Below are positions 39,870 to 53,305 of a DNA stretch of 64,000 nucleotides, in pieces. Source of the DNA: Octopus sinensis. Lineage: Eukaryota. The stretch lies in NCBI RefSeq assembly GCF_006345805.1, contig NC_043001.1:4030001-4094000 (forward strand), written 5' to 3'. The first letter of the stretch is position 1; every line of letters begins with the position of its first letter. The translations under genes and the position numbers were made by a program. The notes beneath the pieces are model-generated. The model ran no database searches, was not told the origin of the DNA, and saw only the letters and a list, made by a program, of their open reading frames with translations.

Positions 39870-40560
39870 CACAGTCAGATGAGTGAGGAATCAGGCGCAG
39901 GCATTTCTTTCTCTGTTCTTAGGAAGATGGAAGAGTATCTTCTTGATATTCACCACAAGTTCTGTCTTGTTATTGTAGGCACAGCTGTTGGTGTGTTCTT
40001 CAACCGTGCCCCACACGTATTAGATCATGAGATTACAATGAAAAAAATTAAGAGGCTGGATATTGGAGCTAGTGAAGTTGGGGAAATTCTCCGGCAACCT
40101 CTTCCGAAATTTTTCTGAAGTAAGGCAAGAAACCCAATCCTGCAACCATACATGTGACCTGATACGTGCAACAAATCTCCAGTCGGACATTGATTGCCGT
40201 TTTCAGCAGCTTCACAGGGCAGCCTGGACAGAGCCTAAGTTTCTGTTCACATATGTGGGGGACATACTCCGTTATTCCGTCATGACGACAAAGTCAGAAC
40301 GTCTGCTGAGTCCCTTCCGGCTGACCAGGTCTTCGTAGACTCTATTCCAGCTATCCATGTCAGGTCGTGCAGCATTTGTAGTGTCCACAGACCATTTCGA
40401 AACCTGACTTAATTCATTCTGATGCATTTTTACTCTTTACCAGTATTCAGAGGGCTTCCGGTCCTCATGCGAGCTAACATTTTCTCAACGAAGACTATAC
40501 TTTTAATTTCTATACTCTCCAGCACCGTTGTCTGCACAGCAGTACGTCAAGCTGTGAAAC
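39870..40560 (-). pseudogene. Tc1/mariner (maT/DD37D-like) transposase pseudogene
   Basis: VWLQDWVSCLTSEKFRKRLPENF (cf. VWQQDSAPCHTSRKSQxWLSENF) and NLMI*YVWGTVEEHTN (cf. NPMDYYVWGAVERDTN). Confidence 0.85.
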
Positions 40561-40700
40561 TTATTGAAAATTAGAACTCAGATTCGTCAAACTTCTCACG
40601 AACACCTCTTATGTGTGCACGCGCGCGCGTATATACGTGTGTATATACATATATACATATATACATACATATTCACACACACACACACACACACACACAC

Positions 40701-40763
<63 letters not shown>

Positions 40764-40894
40764 CACGTAACTTTCACGTCGTTAGACGACGTATGACGGT
40801 TCGACAATTTCTTACCGAACAACGACACAACTACTATCTTTATTGTAATCGAATTCTAGTGAAGACATAAAGTGACTCCATCGATCAAATCGAC

Positions 40895-41068
40895 ATTACC
40901 TGTGCAGCTGCAACTGGGTGCCACATGTCAGCTGTCGAAACTATCGTAGAGCAAAGTGAAATGAAGTTCTTTGCTCAAGGACACAACACAATGCCCAGTC
41001 TGGTAATCGAACGCACGATCTTCCAATCGTGAGTGCAACACACTAACCACCAAGCCATGCGCTTTCAC
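40895..41068 (-). mobile_element. tRNA-derived SINE (third family) abutting (CCAT)n
   Basis: Minus strand gtgaaagcgcatggcttggtggttagtg...gttcgattacc...gttgtgtccttgagcaaagaacttcatttc. Confidence 0.8.
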
Positions 41069-42140
41069 ATCCATCCATCCATCCATCCATCCATCCATCC
41101 ATCCATCCATCCATCCATCCATCCATCCATACATACATACATACATACATATCTTTATATATATAAAACTGAGAATGTGTGTCTGTCTGTGTGTTTCCCT
41201 AAAACTTGAGAACTGCACAACGAATATCATTCGAATTTTACACATGCCTTACGTAGGGTCCATGTAGTTTCATGGGCAAAACTAATGTCCAGCTGCTTTC
41301 CTAGAGCGAGCCCATAGCAATATCATATATTCTCCACTATTTCAGTATTACGTATTAAAAGTGAAACAAAAACGTTTCTCTATTTTATGTAAGATACATT
41401 CGCTTTAACAATAAAAATAATAAAAACAATTGAATTATATGTAGTAAGTAATAATTAAAATCAAACTAAAGTATAATATAATCGTAACATAACAAAAGTA
41501 AAAATAGCAATTCGTATAAAATTGCATCAATGATTTGAACTTGAATAAGTGGTTTCACATGAATGGGAATAAATTAAAAATACAATTAGCGTGCAGAAAT
41601 GGAATAGTCCAGATGGATAATAAAAAATTAAATTAAAGAAAAGACTATTGTCTATAAAATATACTATGTAGAGAAAAAAGAAGAGTTGAACGCATGGAGG
41701 AAAGCACCTTCGAAAAGTGTCTTAGTGCGACTATGAAAGGTATCTAATCAGAGGCGGCAAATTCGCCACAATAGGAGCAAGGTTCGAGTCAACTGAGCGT
41801 GCAAGGGAGTACTCGACTCGAACTTGCAAAGTGGAAATATTTTATTTTTACCTTTATATCTGGGATGTAGGACGTCCCGGATAAAAAATTTAAAATGCTC
41901 TCCACCCAGAAGTAGAGGTAGGCTGGATTGTAGCCACACTTCTATACAAGAGGGAGGACAAGATACAATTGATCGAAATTACAAGAGACGGGCTAACATT
42001 TCCAGTCTGTTATATACTTTGAGTATTGTTATCACTAGCGATATCAAGATATAACTTTGTATTTTGTATTTTATGTGTAGATGTATATATATATAGATGT
42101 ACAGGTAATATGTACACATATATATACACATGTATACATG

Positions 42141-42185
42141 CACTAGCACTATGACCCGGCAACGACGGGTCTTTAATGCTAGTAT
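42141..42185. mobile_element. Helitron/Helentron-like terminal hairpin
   Basis: actagcact.tgacccg gcaac gacgggtc...tgctagt, imperfect palindrome. Confidence 0.5.
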
Positions 42186-42214
42186 ATTATATATATATAT
42201 ATATATATAATATA

Positions 42215-42260
<46 letters not shown>

Positions 42261-42543
42261 GGAGGCGCAATGGCCCAGTGGCTAGGGCAGCGGACTTGCG
42301 GTTTCGATTCCCAGACCGGGCGTTGTGTTTATTGAGCGAAAACACCTAATGCTCCACGAGGCTCCGACAAGGGGTGGTGGCGATCCCTGCTGTACTCTTT
42401 CGCCACAACTTTCTCTGTTCTGTTGGCCCTGCTCGCTTAGCCAGCGGGGTGGCGTCATTTGAAGGCTAAAACAATGCGAAGCGCATTGTGACCAGCGATG
42501 TGTAGCAACATCTGATAGTCTGGTCGGTCACAGTGGTCACGCT

Positions 42544-42545
<2 letters not shown>
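42261..42545 (+). mobile_element. tRNA-derived SINE (fourth family)
   Basis: ggaggcgcaatggcccagtgg (A box), ggtttcgattccc (B box), distinct body; embedded in (TA)n. Confidence 0.8.
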
Positions 42546-42584
<39 letters not shown>

Positions 42585-42589
42585 TATAT

Positions 42590-42830
42590 TATGGACTCTC
42601 CCGTCGGTCTTGACATATGAGGCTCCGGCAACGTACATTTACCTTGTCTGTAATAATGGTTATGTCGAATGTGACATTTTAGACCCGCCAACGATTTACA
42701 AAGAAGGCCACAAATGTTGCAAGTTCGAAGATTACAGGTCAGCGTAAGTGGTATATTTGCAGGTTTTTTCCCTCGTTTTGTACCAAGATGCCCGTTAATG
42801 ATGGTTGCAAAAATGTTTTTCATTCCTTCT
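42590..42830 (-). pseudogene. RTE-type LINE 3' end
   Basis: CNICGLLCKSLAGLKCHIRH, the C2H2-like terminus typical of RTE-type ORF ends. Confidence 0.6.
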
Positions 42831-42834
42831 CCAA

Positions 42835-43500
42835 CTCTCTATCGTCGCCCTCTCGGACTGAGAAACTTTACTAATGAAAGCGTTTTCATTTTCCTTCGTT
42901 GGACTAATTCTTTCTAACATAGCTACGTATTACTATACTCATATCTACCAATATCATTTGCGGGCTTGTGTGGCCATCTCACTGAAAAGAACGCGAAACT
43001 GTTTCTCTTTCTTTAATTCATTATCTGGAGATCTATACCATCCAGCTTGCCGGTTCGTAAGTCACTCCTCTGTCCTTCCCTCTCACTTTATCTTTCTCTC
43101 CTCCAGCACTCTATCGTCACTCTGTCGACTTTCGAAACTTTACAAATGTAAGCTTGTCCATTTTTCATTCACTAGACTAATTCTTTCTCACATAGAAACG
43201 TATTGCTAAACTCAAACATTCCTATATCTTTTGCAGGCTAGTGTGGCCATCTCTCTGAAAACAAAAAAACGAAGAAACGTTACTTATTCTCTTTCTTAAA
43301 TTCATGAACTAGAGATAAGTATTATCCAGTTTGCTGGTCCGTAAGTCCTCGTCTACTTATCTTTATGCTCGTCTCTCCCTCATCCTTTTCTCTATTTTTC
43401 GCTTTCAACTCACTATTGTCACTCTGTCGGACTTTGAAACTTTTCAATTGTAATCTGTCCTTTTTCCTTCGCTAGACTAATTCTTTCTAACATAGCAACA
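42835..43500 (+). repeat. Diverged tandem repeat, ~270-300-bp unit, ~2.4 copies
   Basis: gactaattctttct at 42902, 43175 and 43475; gtgtggccatctc at 42968 and 43241. Confidence 0.8.
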
Positions 43501-43549
43501 TATACTATATACATATATATATATATATATATATAATATATATATATAT

Positions 43550-43608
<59 letters not shown>

Positions 43609-43663
43609 ATATATATACATATTATATATATATACATATATATATATATAGATATATATATAT

Positions 43664-43711
<48 letters not shown>

Positions 43712-43759
43712 ACATATATATACTCACATATATATATACACACACATATATATATACAC

Positions 43760-43832
<73 letters not shown>

Positions 43833-43852
43833 CATATATATATATATTATAT

Positions 43853-43898
<46 letters not shown>

Positions 43899-43953
43899 TA
43901 TACATATATATATACTCACATATATATATACACACACATATATATATATACAC

Positions 43954-44018
<65 letters not shown>

Positions 44019-44025
44019 ATGTATA
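43500..44025. repeat. Long imperfect (TA)n array
   Basis: Direct read. Confidence 0.95.
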
Positions 44026-44110
44026 TAGGAGTGTAAATAATCATATGCACTCTTGTTTTTTCAGTGTAATTACATAGGGGATAAACAAGTACATCATTTT
44101 TCTATATAAT

Positions 44111-44273
44111 AGGCGCAAGAGTGGCTGTTTGGTAAGTAGCTTGCTAACCAACCACATGGTTCCGGGTTCAGTCCCACTGCGTGACATCTTGGGCAAGTGT
44201 CTTCTGCTATAGCCCCGGGCAGACCAATGCCTCGTTAGTGGATTTGGTAGAGGGAAACTGAAAAAAACATGTC

Positions 44274-44319
<46 letters not shown>

Positions 44320-44543
44320 TTGAGTGTCTGTATTTCTCCCCCTAGCATTGCTTGACAACCGATGCTGGTGTGTTTACGTCCCCTTCACTTAGCGGTTCGG
44401 CAAAAGAGCCCGATAGAATAAGTACTGGGCTTACAAAGAATAAGTCCCGGGGTCGATTTGCTCGACTAAAGGCGGTGCTCCATCATGGCCACAGTCAAAT
44501 GACTGAAGCAAGTAAAAGAGTAAAAGAGTAAAAGAGTAAAGAG
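44111..44543 (+). mobile_element. Full-length second-family SINE with (GTAAAAGA)n tail
   Basis: tRNA-like head, conserved body, internal (TA)/(TG) microsatellite, repeat tail. Confidence 0.92.
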
Positions 44544-44544
44544 T

Positions 44545-45322
44545 ATATCTTCCTTCCTTTTCGATGCGCGTCGTACAGCGGTCCACAAGCTTGCATAGTC
44601 CCCCTAAAACTCCAAGAAGAGGGTTTTCGGTTGGTCACGCAACCATTTATGCACTGCCCGCTTCTTTCACATCTTCACCCAAAAGGAATCGAAGACCTCG
44701 TAAACCATCTTTGAGCGGTCCAAATATATGATAGTCTGAAGGAACAAAATCTGGGCTGTAGGCAGGGTGTTCCAGCACTTCAAAACCCAATTAGTTAAAG
44801 GCTTCATCGGTCTGGTTAGCCGTGTGTGGGCGTGCATAGTCATTGAACAACAAAAATTTCTTTGACCATAGCCATCGGTATTTGACGCGAATTTCTGGAT
44901 TCAGTTCGCTGACCAGCAAAGCACTGTTGTGTGTTCACCGCTTTTCCGGTTACTCTTCCAGCATTGAGTCTACAAACAAGGTCAGCATCACCTTTCCCAC
45001 GGAAGACTGAGTGCTGAATTTCTTCGTCACTGTTTCCATCCTATAATCTGTCTTTTGGATTCTGCCTCATATTGACGGACCCACATTTCCTGTTACTATT
45101 ATGATCTTTGCTCTTCTTTGGTGCACATTGCAAGTAGAGAGGCCATGATTACACTGTAAAGCCAGAAAGAAAAAAATGGCCTGATCTGGCTCAAACTGCG
45201 ATCACGTGATCACAAGATTTCCAACAACAAGTATTCCAGCGCAGAAGGCAATGTGACAAAAATGAAGATATATTTTGGCGAAAGTGCGGGTAACATTTTT
45301 ACTTCCTCTCCTATATATATAT
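44545..45322 (-). pseudogene. Mariner transposase pseudogene (internally deleted)
   Basis: DYARPHTAN...LGFEVLEHPAYSPDFVPSDYHIFGPLKDGLRG...KLVDRCTTRIEK; mariner-like terminus near 45290-45322. Confidence 0.9.
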
Positions 45323-46460
45323 ACAAGCAAACAGACACACAGAAACACGCACAGACAAACTGCCGTTTATATAGAGAGAGATATACATATGTGTGCGTGT
45401 ATGATATTCGTGTATGAACGTATACACGTTCGTATGTATATATGTATATATATACAAATTTTTTTCTCCATCCCATAAATATTAAACACAAATATACATA
45501 CTACATCCATTGTCAATATTACTTTATTATCAATCAAAGCATTCATTCCTTGAATGTATCAATTGTGGTTTTATCGATACGACTGAATACTTGTTGAAAA
45601 TTTGTAAAATGGTTCGATGAAATAAAATGCTTTATGTACTAATTTTTACTTTTTAAAGTACTGGATTCAAAAATATGATTTTGCACAAATGCTAGAAATA
45701 AATAACACATCGTGAGAGAACTGATCATTATTTAAGAAACTAAATAAGGACGCAAGACAGAGAGAAATGAAATGAAAGAAATTGTTGCAGACAGACATAG
45801 AAGTAACGAACAACAGGTTTGAAAGAAGTGCTGATAACACATGTGTAAGGTGTCTTGTTTGGGGTTAGTTGCATTGAGGAATTTACATGCAAGCGGTTGT
45901 TTTGAAAGGAAACAAAAAGATTAGTAAAATCATGTAATCACTCAGCTTGCTAGATAACACAAACCTTTCTGCGAATAACAAACATCAAACAACAATCTCA
46001 ATGATGAAACAATAAAGTGGTAGTTTTTATGAGTGCGCATACCTTCATGAATTTTCACAATGTCAGTTCTTCTTTGGTAAAGAAACCGCGGTAATAATAA
46101 TAAATATATTGCGATACACAACAATTTTAGTCCATTCTACTATGTCAGTCCCGCAGTTTATATTTAAACATAATACAAAATAAGACTTAAAATAGCAACT
46201 GTTAAACCAAATGATGTCAACTACAATTGAAATTTTGATCGATGACCCTTAACTGAACAGTGAACTCTGCATAGATTAACACTAAACTTCTTAATATCTT
46301 CAGGAACTTCTGCTTATGAAACTGGCCGAAATCCAATTCAATTAAACTGGTAGGATTTAAGGCCAAGCATAATGATTACACAGACACGCTCTCTCTTTCT
46401 CTCTGTATATATCAATATATATATATACATACATACATACATATACGTATATATATATAT

Positions 46461-46526
<66 letters not shown>

Positions 46527-46999
46527 TGTGTGTGTGTGTGTGTGTATGTATATATACAGATAGATGCACTTATACAAAATTACATACACATAATACATGC
46601 ATTTACATATACACATGCATGTGTGAAGATATTGATACAAGAGATACATAAACTCGCACAAAGACTGATGTATATGTAAACAGTTACACACGTACGTACA
46701 TATGTAAACAAATATATAGATGCGTGCACGTCTGTTTATATATTTGTATATATATATCTGTATGCATGTGCATACGTGTTTGTGTGCGTTTGTAGATACA
46801 TACTCACATACAGAGGCACACACAATATATGAATATAAATATAAATATATATATGCATAAATATATATATAGGTATACCTACGTATACACGCACTTATAT
46901 GAATATATGTTGAAGCTTTGAAGATAAACGTTCACAAATAAGCACAACAAAACTCATATTTTCGATGCACGCGTAGCATGAAGTTAGGAGCCATGAAAT

Positions 47000-48300
47000 A
47001 CCTTTAAATATTTAGATGAAAGTGAAGATCGTATTACTTGCATTTCATGTATCTTCCTCCAGTTTGTGAACATAAGTCTTCGTATAATAATATAACTAGT
47101 GGTATATAATTTTTCTTAGAATTAATTAGAAGAAGCTACTCAAATTTCATGTCCTTGTGTTTGATCAGGAAATTATAGACTAAGAGAAATCCTAGAACAT
47201 GTGTTGCCGACCTTGATTTCGGGAGATGACGTGTTACTAAGGAAGAGCGTTGAGAACCGATTACAAGGCTTCGAGGTAAGTTTGCAGGTGTTAGAGCGAT
47301 GTAGGCGATGAGGGTTGTTGCCTATAAAAATTACTCCATTTAAGCTGACCGGATGTTATTTGAGTCATCCTGCGGTTAGTTGTGAGGATTATGTTAAGCT
47401 ATTGAAAATCTCAAATTTAGCAGTTTTGAACGCTTATACAGAGTACACTTGTCGACATTTTTTGGTGATTGTGGAGCATATTAAAATTTTTAGATCATAG
47501 TTTCCAAATTCTTGATAAACTGTGTAAAGTATTCTTCATTGTTCGACATAAATAATTCTGATACGTATGACTCTTTTCAATACTTTTGGGAGGTGGTAAT
47601 AATTGCTCTACAAGCAACACATTTCCAGGCATAATTCTTGACGTATATAGTTTTACGACGTTTCTGTAGTTACAGAAAAATAATCAAGATCTTTATATGA
47701 TATCTATAGATTAACATTTTATTTAATCCATGCAGTACTAGTTAACTTTAACAAGTTACAAAATGAAGACATCGTTCTGTTTGTAGATAAAAAATATACA
47801 TATGTATGTATGTAGGTATATATATATATGTGTGTGTGTGTATATATATATATATTATATATATATACACAAAGTTCCCTTTGCAACTCTGCGTCGATGT
47901 TTTGGTATTTTTCTTCATAGTTTGAATCTCTTAATTTTATTAGTTCAATTTCTGATTTAAGAAATTTGCGTTGAAGAATCATCGATGTTGCGTTTATTCA
48001 ACATTCATAAATTTCTACTTTGGTGAAATTTTTAATCATATTCCTGATACGAAGATTTGTGTTCCAGATGTTATCTATTCTCCTTTTAATTAAATTCACA
48101 GTTGATAGTGCGTCGTAGTGCTGCGCTTCATTTTGTGTGGGTCGGTGATTGTCCGGTTTATTTAGCGTCGTACATAAGGTGTTTAAATCTGAACAAAACT
48201 CGACGGAGTTGTCCGGCCAACAGACAAGAGATAACCTCCACAAAATAGATTTACCCCAACTATGGTAAAAATAAAATGTAGACCAATATAATAAATTACA
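47000..48300 (-). pseudogene. Possible decayed Penelope N-terminal ORF region
   Basis: ORFs 47998-48243 and 47719-47982 (ILQRKFLKSEIELIKL) resemble PLE N-terminal helical segments; interrupted by a microsatellite. Confidence 0.3.
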
Positions 48301-48532
48301 GATTTACTTCCCCTTTACTGTAAAATTTGTTTGTTACCAATATCCCGCCCTAGCAAACAAAATGTCTAATACAGAAATTTACGCAAAACTCATAATTTGA
48401 AAACGATAACGAACCCGTTCTTAATGTTAGAAGTAAAAAAATCCTATTTTCTATTTTGATTCTGATATATTCTTTAGTATTTTAAAACAAATATTCTGTC
48501 TTTCATATTATTTCTTTCCGTATATACATATA

Positions 48533-48701
48533 CCCGCAGGAGTGACTGTGTGGTAAGTAGCTTGCTAACCAACCACATGGTCCCGGGTTCAGTCCCACTG
48601 CGTGGCATCTTCGGCAGGTGTCTTCTGCTATGGCCCCGGGCCGACCAATGCCTTGTGAGTGGATTTGGTAGACGGAAACTGAAAGAAGCCTGTCGTATGT
48701 A

Positions 48702-48756
<55 letters not shown>

Positions 48757-49005
48757 TATATAATATATATTATATATATATGTGTGTGTGTTTGTGTGTC
48801 TGTGTTTGTCCCCCTAGCATTGCTTGACAACCGATGCTGGTGTGTTTACGTCCCCGTCACTTAGCGGTTCGGCAATAGAGAACGATAGAATAAGTACTGG
48901 GTTAACAAAGAATAAGTCCCGAGGTCAATTTGCTCGACTAAAGGCGGTGCTCCAGCATAGCCGCAGTCAAAATGACTGAAACAAGTAAAAGAGTAAAGAG
49001 AGAGT
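48533..49005 (+). mobile_element. Full-length second-family SINE
   Basis: Near-identical to 44111-44543. Confidence 0.92.
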
Positions 49006-49442
49006 ATATATACACACATGCACACAACGACGTCGAGCCCACAAGAGTAAACAAGAGAGGATGAGAGACAGGCAGAAATACTAGTTGAAAACTATCCAAA
49101 TATTATTTTAAAAGAAAAACTTTTCATTTAATCTTTCCAATTATTTTAGCATTTTCTATCTTCACTTTTTTCCATATATATATATATATATATATATAAG
49201 GGATATTTTCTTACCAAAAGCTATAGACTTGTCATGCATGATAAATTAACCGAAATTACATTGAACAACAACTCAGTTACGATCTTATGTAAGAAACGTA
49301 ATTTGTGTATCGTAACGAAAAGCCTTGTAGTTACAAATGTACATGCACAGATGATCTCACATCTCACGAATGATTCCATATACTCTCAGTTTCACTTATT
49401 CACTCATGCGCAAACACCTGTATGTATATATATAATATATAT

Positions 49443-49517
<75 letters not shown>

Positions 49518-50433
49518 TGTGTGTGTGTGTGTGTGTGTGTGTGTAATTTGGGGTTTCTTGAATTATATCTGACATAATTCAAAAATCTCTAAAGTAAATA
49601 TAAGAAAACGTCTCTTTAAAAGAATCAACCAACTGGAACGGCTGATGATTGTTCCCCACAGGGAAGTCAACCAGGCAGAACGACAAACTTGACCACCAGA
49701 GAAATAAGACGCCATTAGAAATTTAACGAATAGAAAATCAGGTACGTTCACGGAAAAAGAATTATAAATAACAGGATTCCAAAAAATACCATTAAAAGAG
49801 AGAAGTTTTGCACACGAAGGAAAATAATCAAAGAAACTGTAAGAAACCCTTTTCCATTTATTATCTTCATTTCTTTCTTGGTTTTTTTCCCCTCTGAACT
49901 CAGTATTATTGAACCTTTGGAGATCCACATTTCTTATCGATCACTTCTAAAACTATTGAATTTTGTGAATGTAATCAAGATGCTCCATATTTTTCGCATT
50001 ATTGAATGTTGTGAACATTTAAATCATATTTGATATAATTGAATTTTGTAAACATTCCAACTTTTAAAGCTGTTTTTCTACTTCGCAAGTTTAAATTTTC
50101 ACCTTTGATAAGCAAGAATATATTAGACTTTACAAGATTGAAAAAAAAAAAACTTTATAAGAGTTGTTGAAAGTACCGTCCTTCATTTTCAATGCTAAGT
50201 TGACTTTTCTAACAAAAATTCAACGCAGAAAGACTTTATGAACAAACTCGGCAGGAAATAACGTCATTAGGTGAGACAAGCTGACACTGAATCAGCTTCG
50301 CTGACTGACAGGTGATGGTCGTTTAGAAAAAGCGCGGGCTAAAACTACGCGCCTTCACTAGTCAGTTAAGGCAAGACAGTGTCACGTGACAACTTGCTGG
50401 GGCTGCCTGCTTGAGCTAAGGTATTTAAAGGGA

Positions 50434-50665
50434 AGGCGGCGAGCTGGCAGAAACGTTAGCACGCCGGGCGAAATGCGTAGCCGTATTTTGTCTGTCGTTA
50501 CGTTCTGAGTTCAAATTCCGCCGAGGTCGACTTTGCCTTTCATCCTTTCGGGGTCGATAAATTAAGTACCAGTTACGTACTGGGGTCGATGTAATCGACC
50601 TAATACCTATGTCTGTCCTTGTTTGTCCCCTCTGTCTTTAGCCCCTTGTGGGTATTAAAGAAATA
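50434..50665 (+). mobile_element. Young CORE-type SINE with 16-bp target-site duplication
   Basis: aggtatttaaagggaa occurs on both sides (~50419-50434 and ~50665-50680). Confidence 0.92.
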
Positions 50666-51747
50666 GGTATTTAAAGGGAAAACTTTGACAAGTCAGTCAG
50701 TCACCGGGTGACACTCGCTCACGATACATGGAAGAGGTCAGTGAACAGAAGAAAGAAGAAAGAAGACATGCACCCAACACCAGAGCTGAAGACACCTCCG
50801 AAAGGGGGTGGGGGCGCCACGTCAAAGCGATAGAGGAGTAGGGGCCGAAACCGGACGTGGTTCCTCCTGCTGATATCTTGAGTTAACTGGATCCTATAAA
50901 GGAGCTGTTGTGGTAGAAGACCACGAAACACGGTTGCAATTCCTCAGATGTGCGTGTGTGTGTTTGTGTGTGTGGAGTTTGGAGAATTGTTTGAAAGTTG
51001 GAGAAAAGTTCTTGTAATATATGAAGTACAAATAAGAGGGCGCACCGGCAGAATCCATATGCAAATTGCTTAGCGACATTTCGTTCGTTATTTGTTAAAA
51101 TTCTGCCGATGACAAAACTGCCTTTTTCGTTTCGGTATCGACAAAATAAGTACCAGTTGAACACTGTGACCAATGTACTCGACTTAGCCAATCACCGAGG
51201 GGCCAATGAAGGGTACTATCTCTTTATCTTTGTATAATATATCTGCCTTTGGAGGTGTGCTGAATTTATCGTTATTCAGATTAGTATATTTAGAAAGAAA
51301 TGCAGGACATTAGCAATCTTTGAATGCTTCTATGACAATACTTATTTCTTTATTGCTCACAAGGGGCTAAACATGAGACAGAACTACTTATCTATCAATG
51401 GGTCATCTTCTAAAAGAAATTCGTTTGATGGAATTTCTGTTGAAGTGGATTAGATGAATCTAAGTGTGTATGTTTGTATGCATATTGGTATTTATTTTCT
51501 CAAGGAAATATTAGTCTGTAAAACGATTATTTTCCAGTGTAATATCAATATTTAGGATATTTGCAATGAGTAAAATCAGAAAGAGAGAAACACGAGTACT
51601 TAGAGCATCTTATTTCCGCTTAAATTTAAAATTGAAATGTCTCAGGCCGATCCGATTTAAGACGTACCTCGTTGCGATTGCCGCCATTGCAAGAATTACT
51701 GAAAGGGACTCTGGATGGCTCATTCTCTTCCTCACGGTCTCTCTCTT

Positions 51748-51818
<71 letters not shown>

Positions 51819-51876
51819 GTTTGTGTGTGGGTTATAATTATAAATGCATACACACATGCATACTTTCACACACACG

Positions 51877-51909
<33 letters not shown>

Positions 51910-52084
51910 TAACCCGTACTGTGGACAAAATAAGAGAGAGTCCGTTGTGTTCCATCAAATAATAAGTTAAAAAACAAACGCAAAACGCAAACGAGATGGA
52001 AATCAGTCATAGAAGATCAGCAAATCCTCATCAGTTATCGACCAAACGATCAGTGGAATATTGCACCTTCAAACGATGATACTG

Positions 52085-52700
52085 CTCGCCTTTGGTGGCA
52101 TCGCTAAAGATCAGTCAACGGGAAATAGCAAGCCAACGAAAAAGGGATCAAACATGACAAAATGAACAAACAAACAATAAATGAACAAATATGCAAGTGA
52201 AGATAGAAACATGAAATAAATGTGCAATATAAAATATACGAAAGAAAAAATATTTAAGATGACGAGAACCATAGTGGAAGGATGAGGGAAAATGATGAAA
52301 ACCAACAAGACAGATGTGTACAAAATGAAATGAGTAAAAAGAATGGGTCCTTAGGACCAGACATGAAATGCTTTTTGGTTAGCGCCAGGAAGAATATCCT
52401 ACAGGATTACAAACATGACAACAGATGGACAGCAAAACGTGTTGAAAGCTGGAGGTGAAAAGTGACCAGTTGCTTCGGCGTGAAAAGGAAAAGAGAATAA
52501 GTGATGACGCTGATCACGGGTCTCGTGCCTGTTGTAGGAAGGAGAAAAACTGTAGGGTTCAGAAAGAGATCCCCGGACAGTAGAGAGTAAATGGAAAATA
52601 GAAAGTAAAAGAAAGACAACAGCAGAGAAGTGTTGAGAGGGAAGTGGTAAAAGAGAGGTGATAGGGAGAAAAAGGAGGAGAAACGATAGAAACAGACGTA
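52085..52700 (-). mobile_element. Decayed Penelope 3' end (GIY-YIG tail plus UTR)
   Basis: SVRGSLS...RDQRHHLFSF (cf. SVRGLxL...EQxLIFSL), pyrimidine-rich UTR, broken CUGA...GCC/GGC hairpin near 52090-52125. Confidence 0.4.
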
Positions 52701-52867
52701 CGAAAATATAAAGACACTGTAAACAATCCCTAAAAGGGGTCCACTCATGATCGCCTCTTGAATACATTTTCGTTCATGTATTGTTTATTGCGCATTTGTT
52801 TCATGTTTGTATATTCCTTTTCTGTATTGCATATTAATTAATTAATTAAATTCAATTATTTGTTGTT

Positions 52868-53097
52868 TGCTCTTTTATTTGTTTCAGTCATTTGACTGCG
52901 GCCATGCTGGAGCACCATCTTTAGACGAGAATTCTACCCCAGTACTTATTATTTGTAAACCTAGTACTTAGTCCATTGGTCCTCTTTTGCTGAACTGCTA
53001 AGTTATGGGTCATAAACATACCAACGTCTATTATCACGCGATGGTGGGTGAAAAACACAGAGACAAAGGCACATACACACACAAATATATATACATG

Positions 53098-53130
<33 letters not shown>

Positions 53131-53305
53131 ATTATATATATATATATATATATACACGATGGACCTGTTTCAGTTTCCGTCTACCAAATCCACTAACAAG
53201 GCTTTGGTGGGCCGGAAACTATAGTAGAAGACAGATGCCTAAGGTGAGAGGCAGTGGGACTGAAGCCAGTACCATGTGGTTGGGAAGTAAGCTTCTTGTC
53301 ACACA
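52868..53305 (-). mobile_element. Full-length second-family SINE (diverged)
   Basis: Tail ttgtttcagtcatttgactgcggccatgctggagcacc through head accatgtggttgggaagtaagcttctt. Confidence 0.9.

Noticed and set aside
41777-41830. Small inverted repeat gcaaggttcgagtc/gactcgaacttgc
   Set aside because: Too short; probably a MITE end remnant.
46270-46320. CUGAAGA with a short stem on the minus strand
   Set aside because: GAAA element missing.
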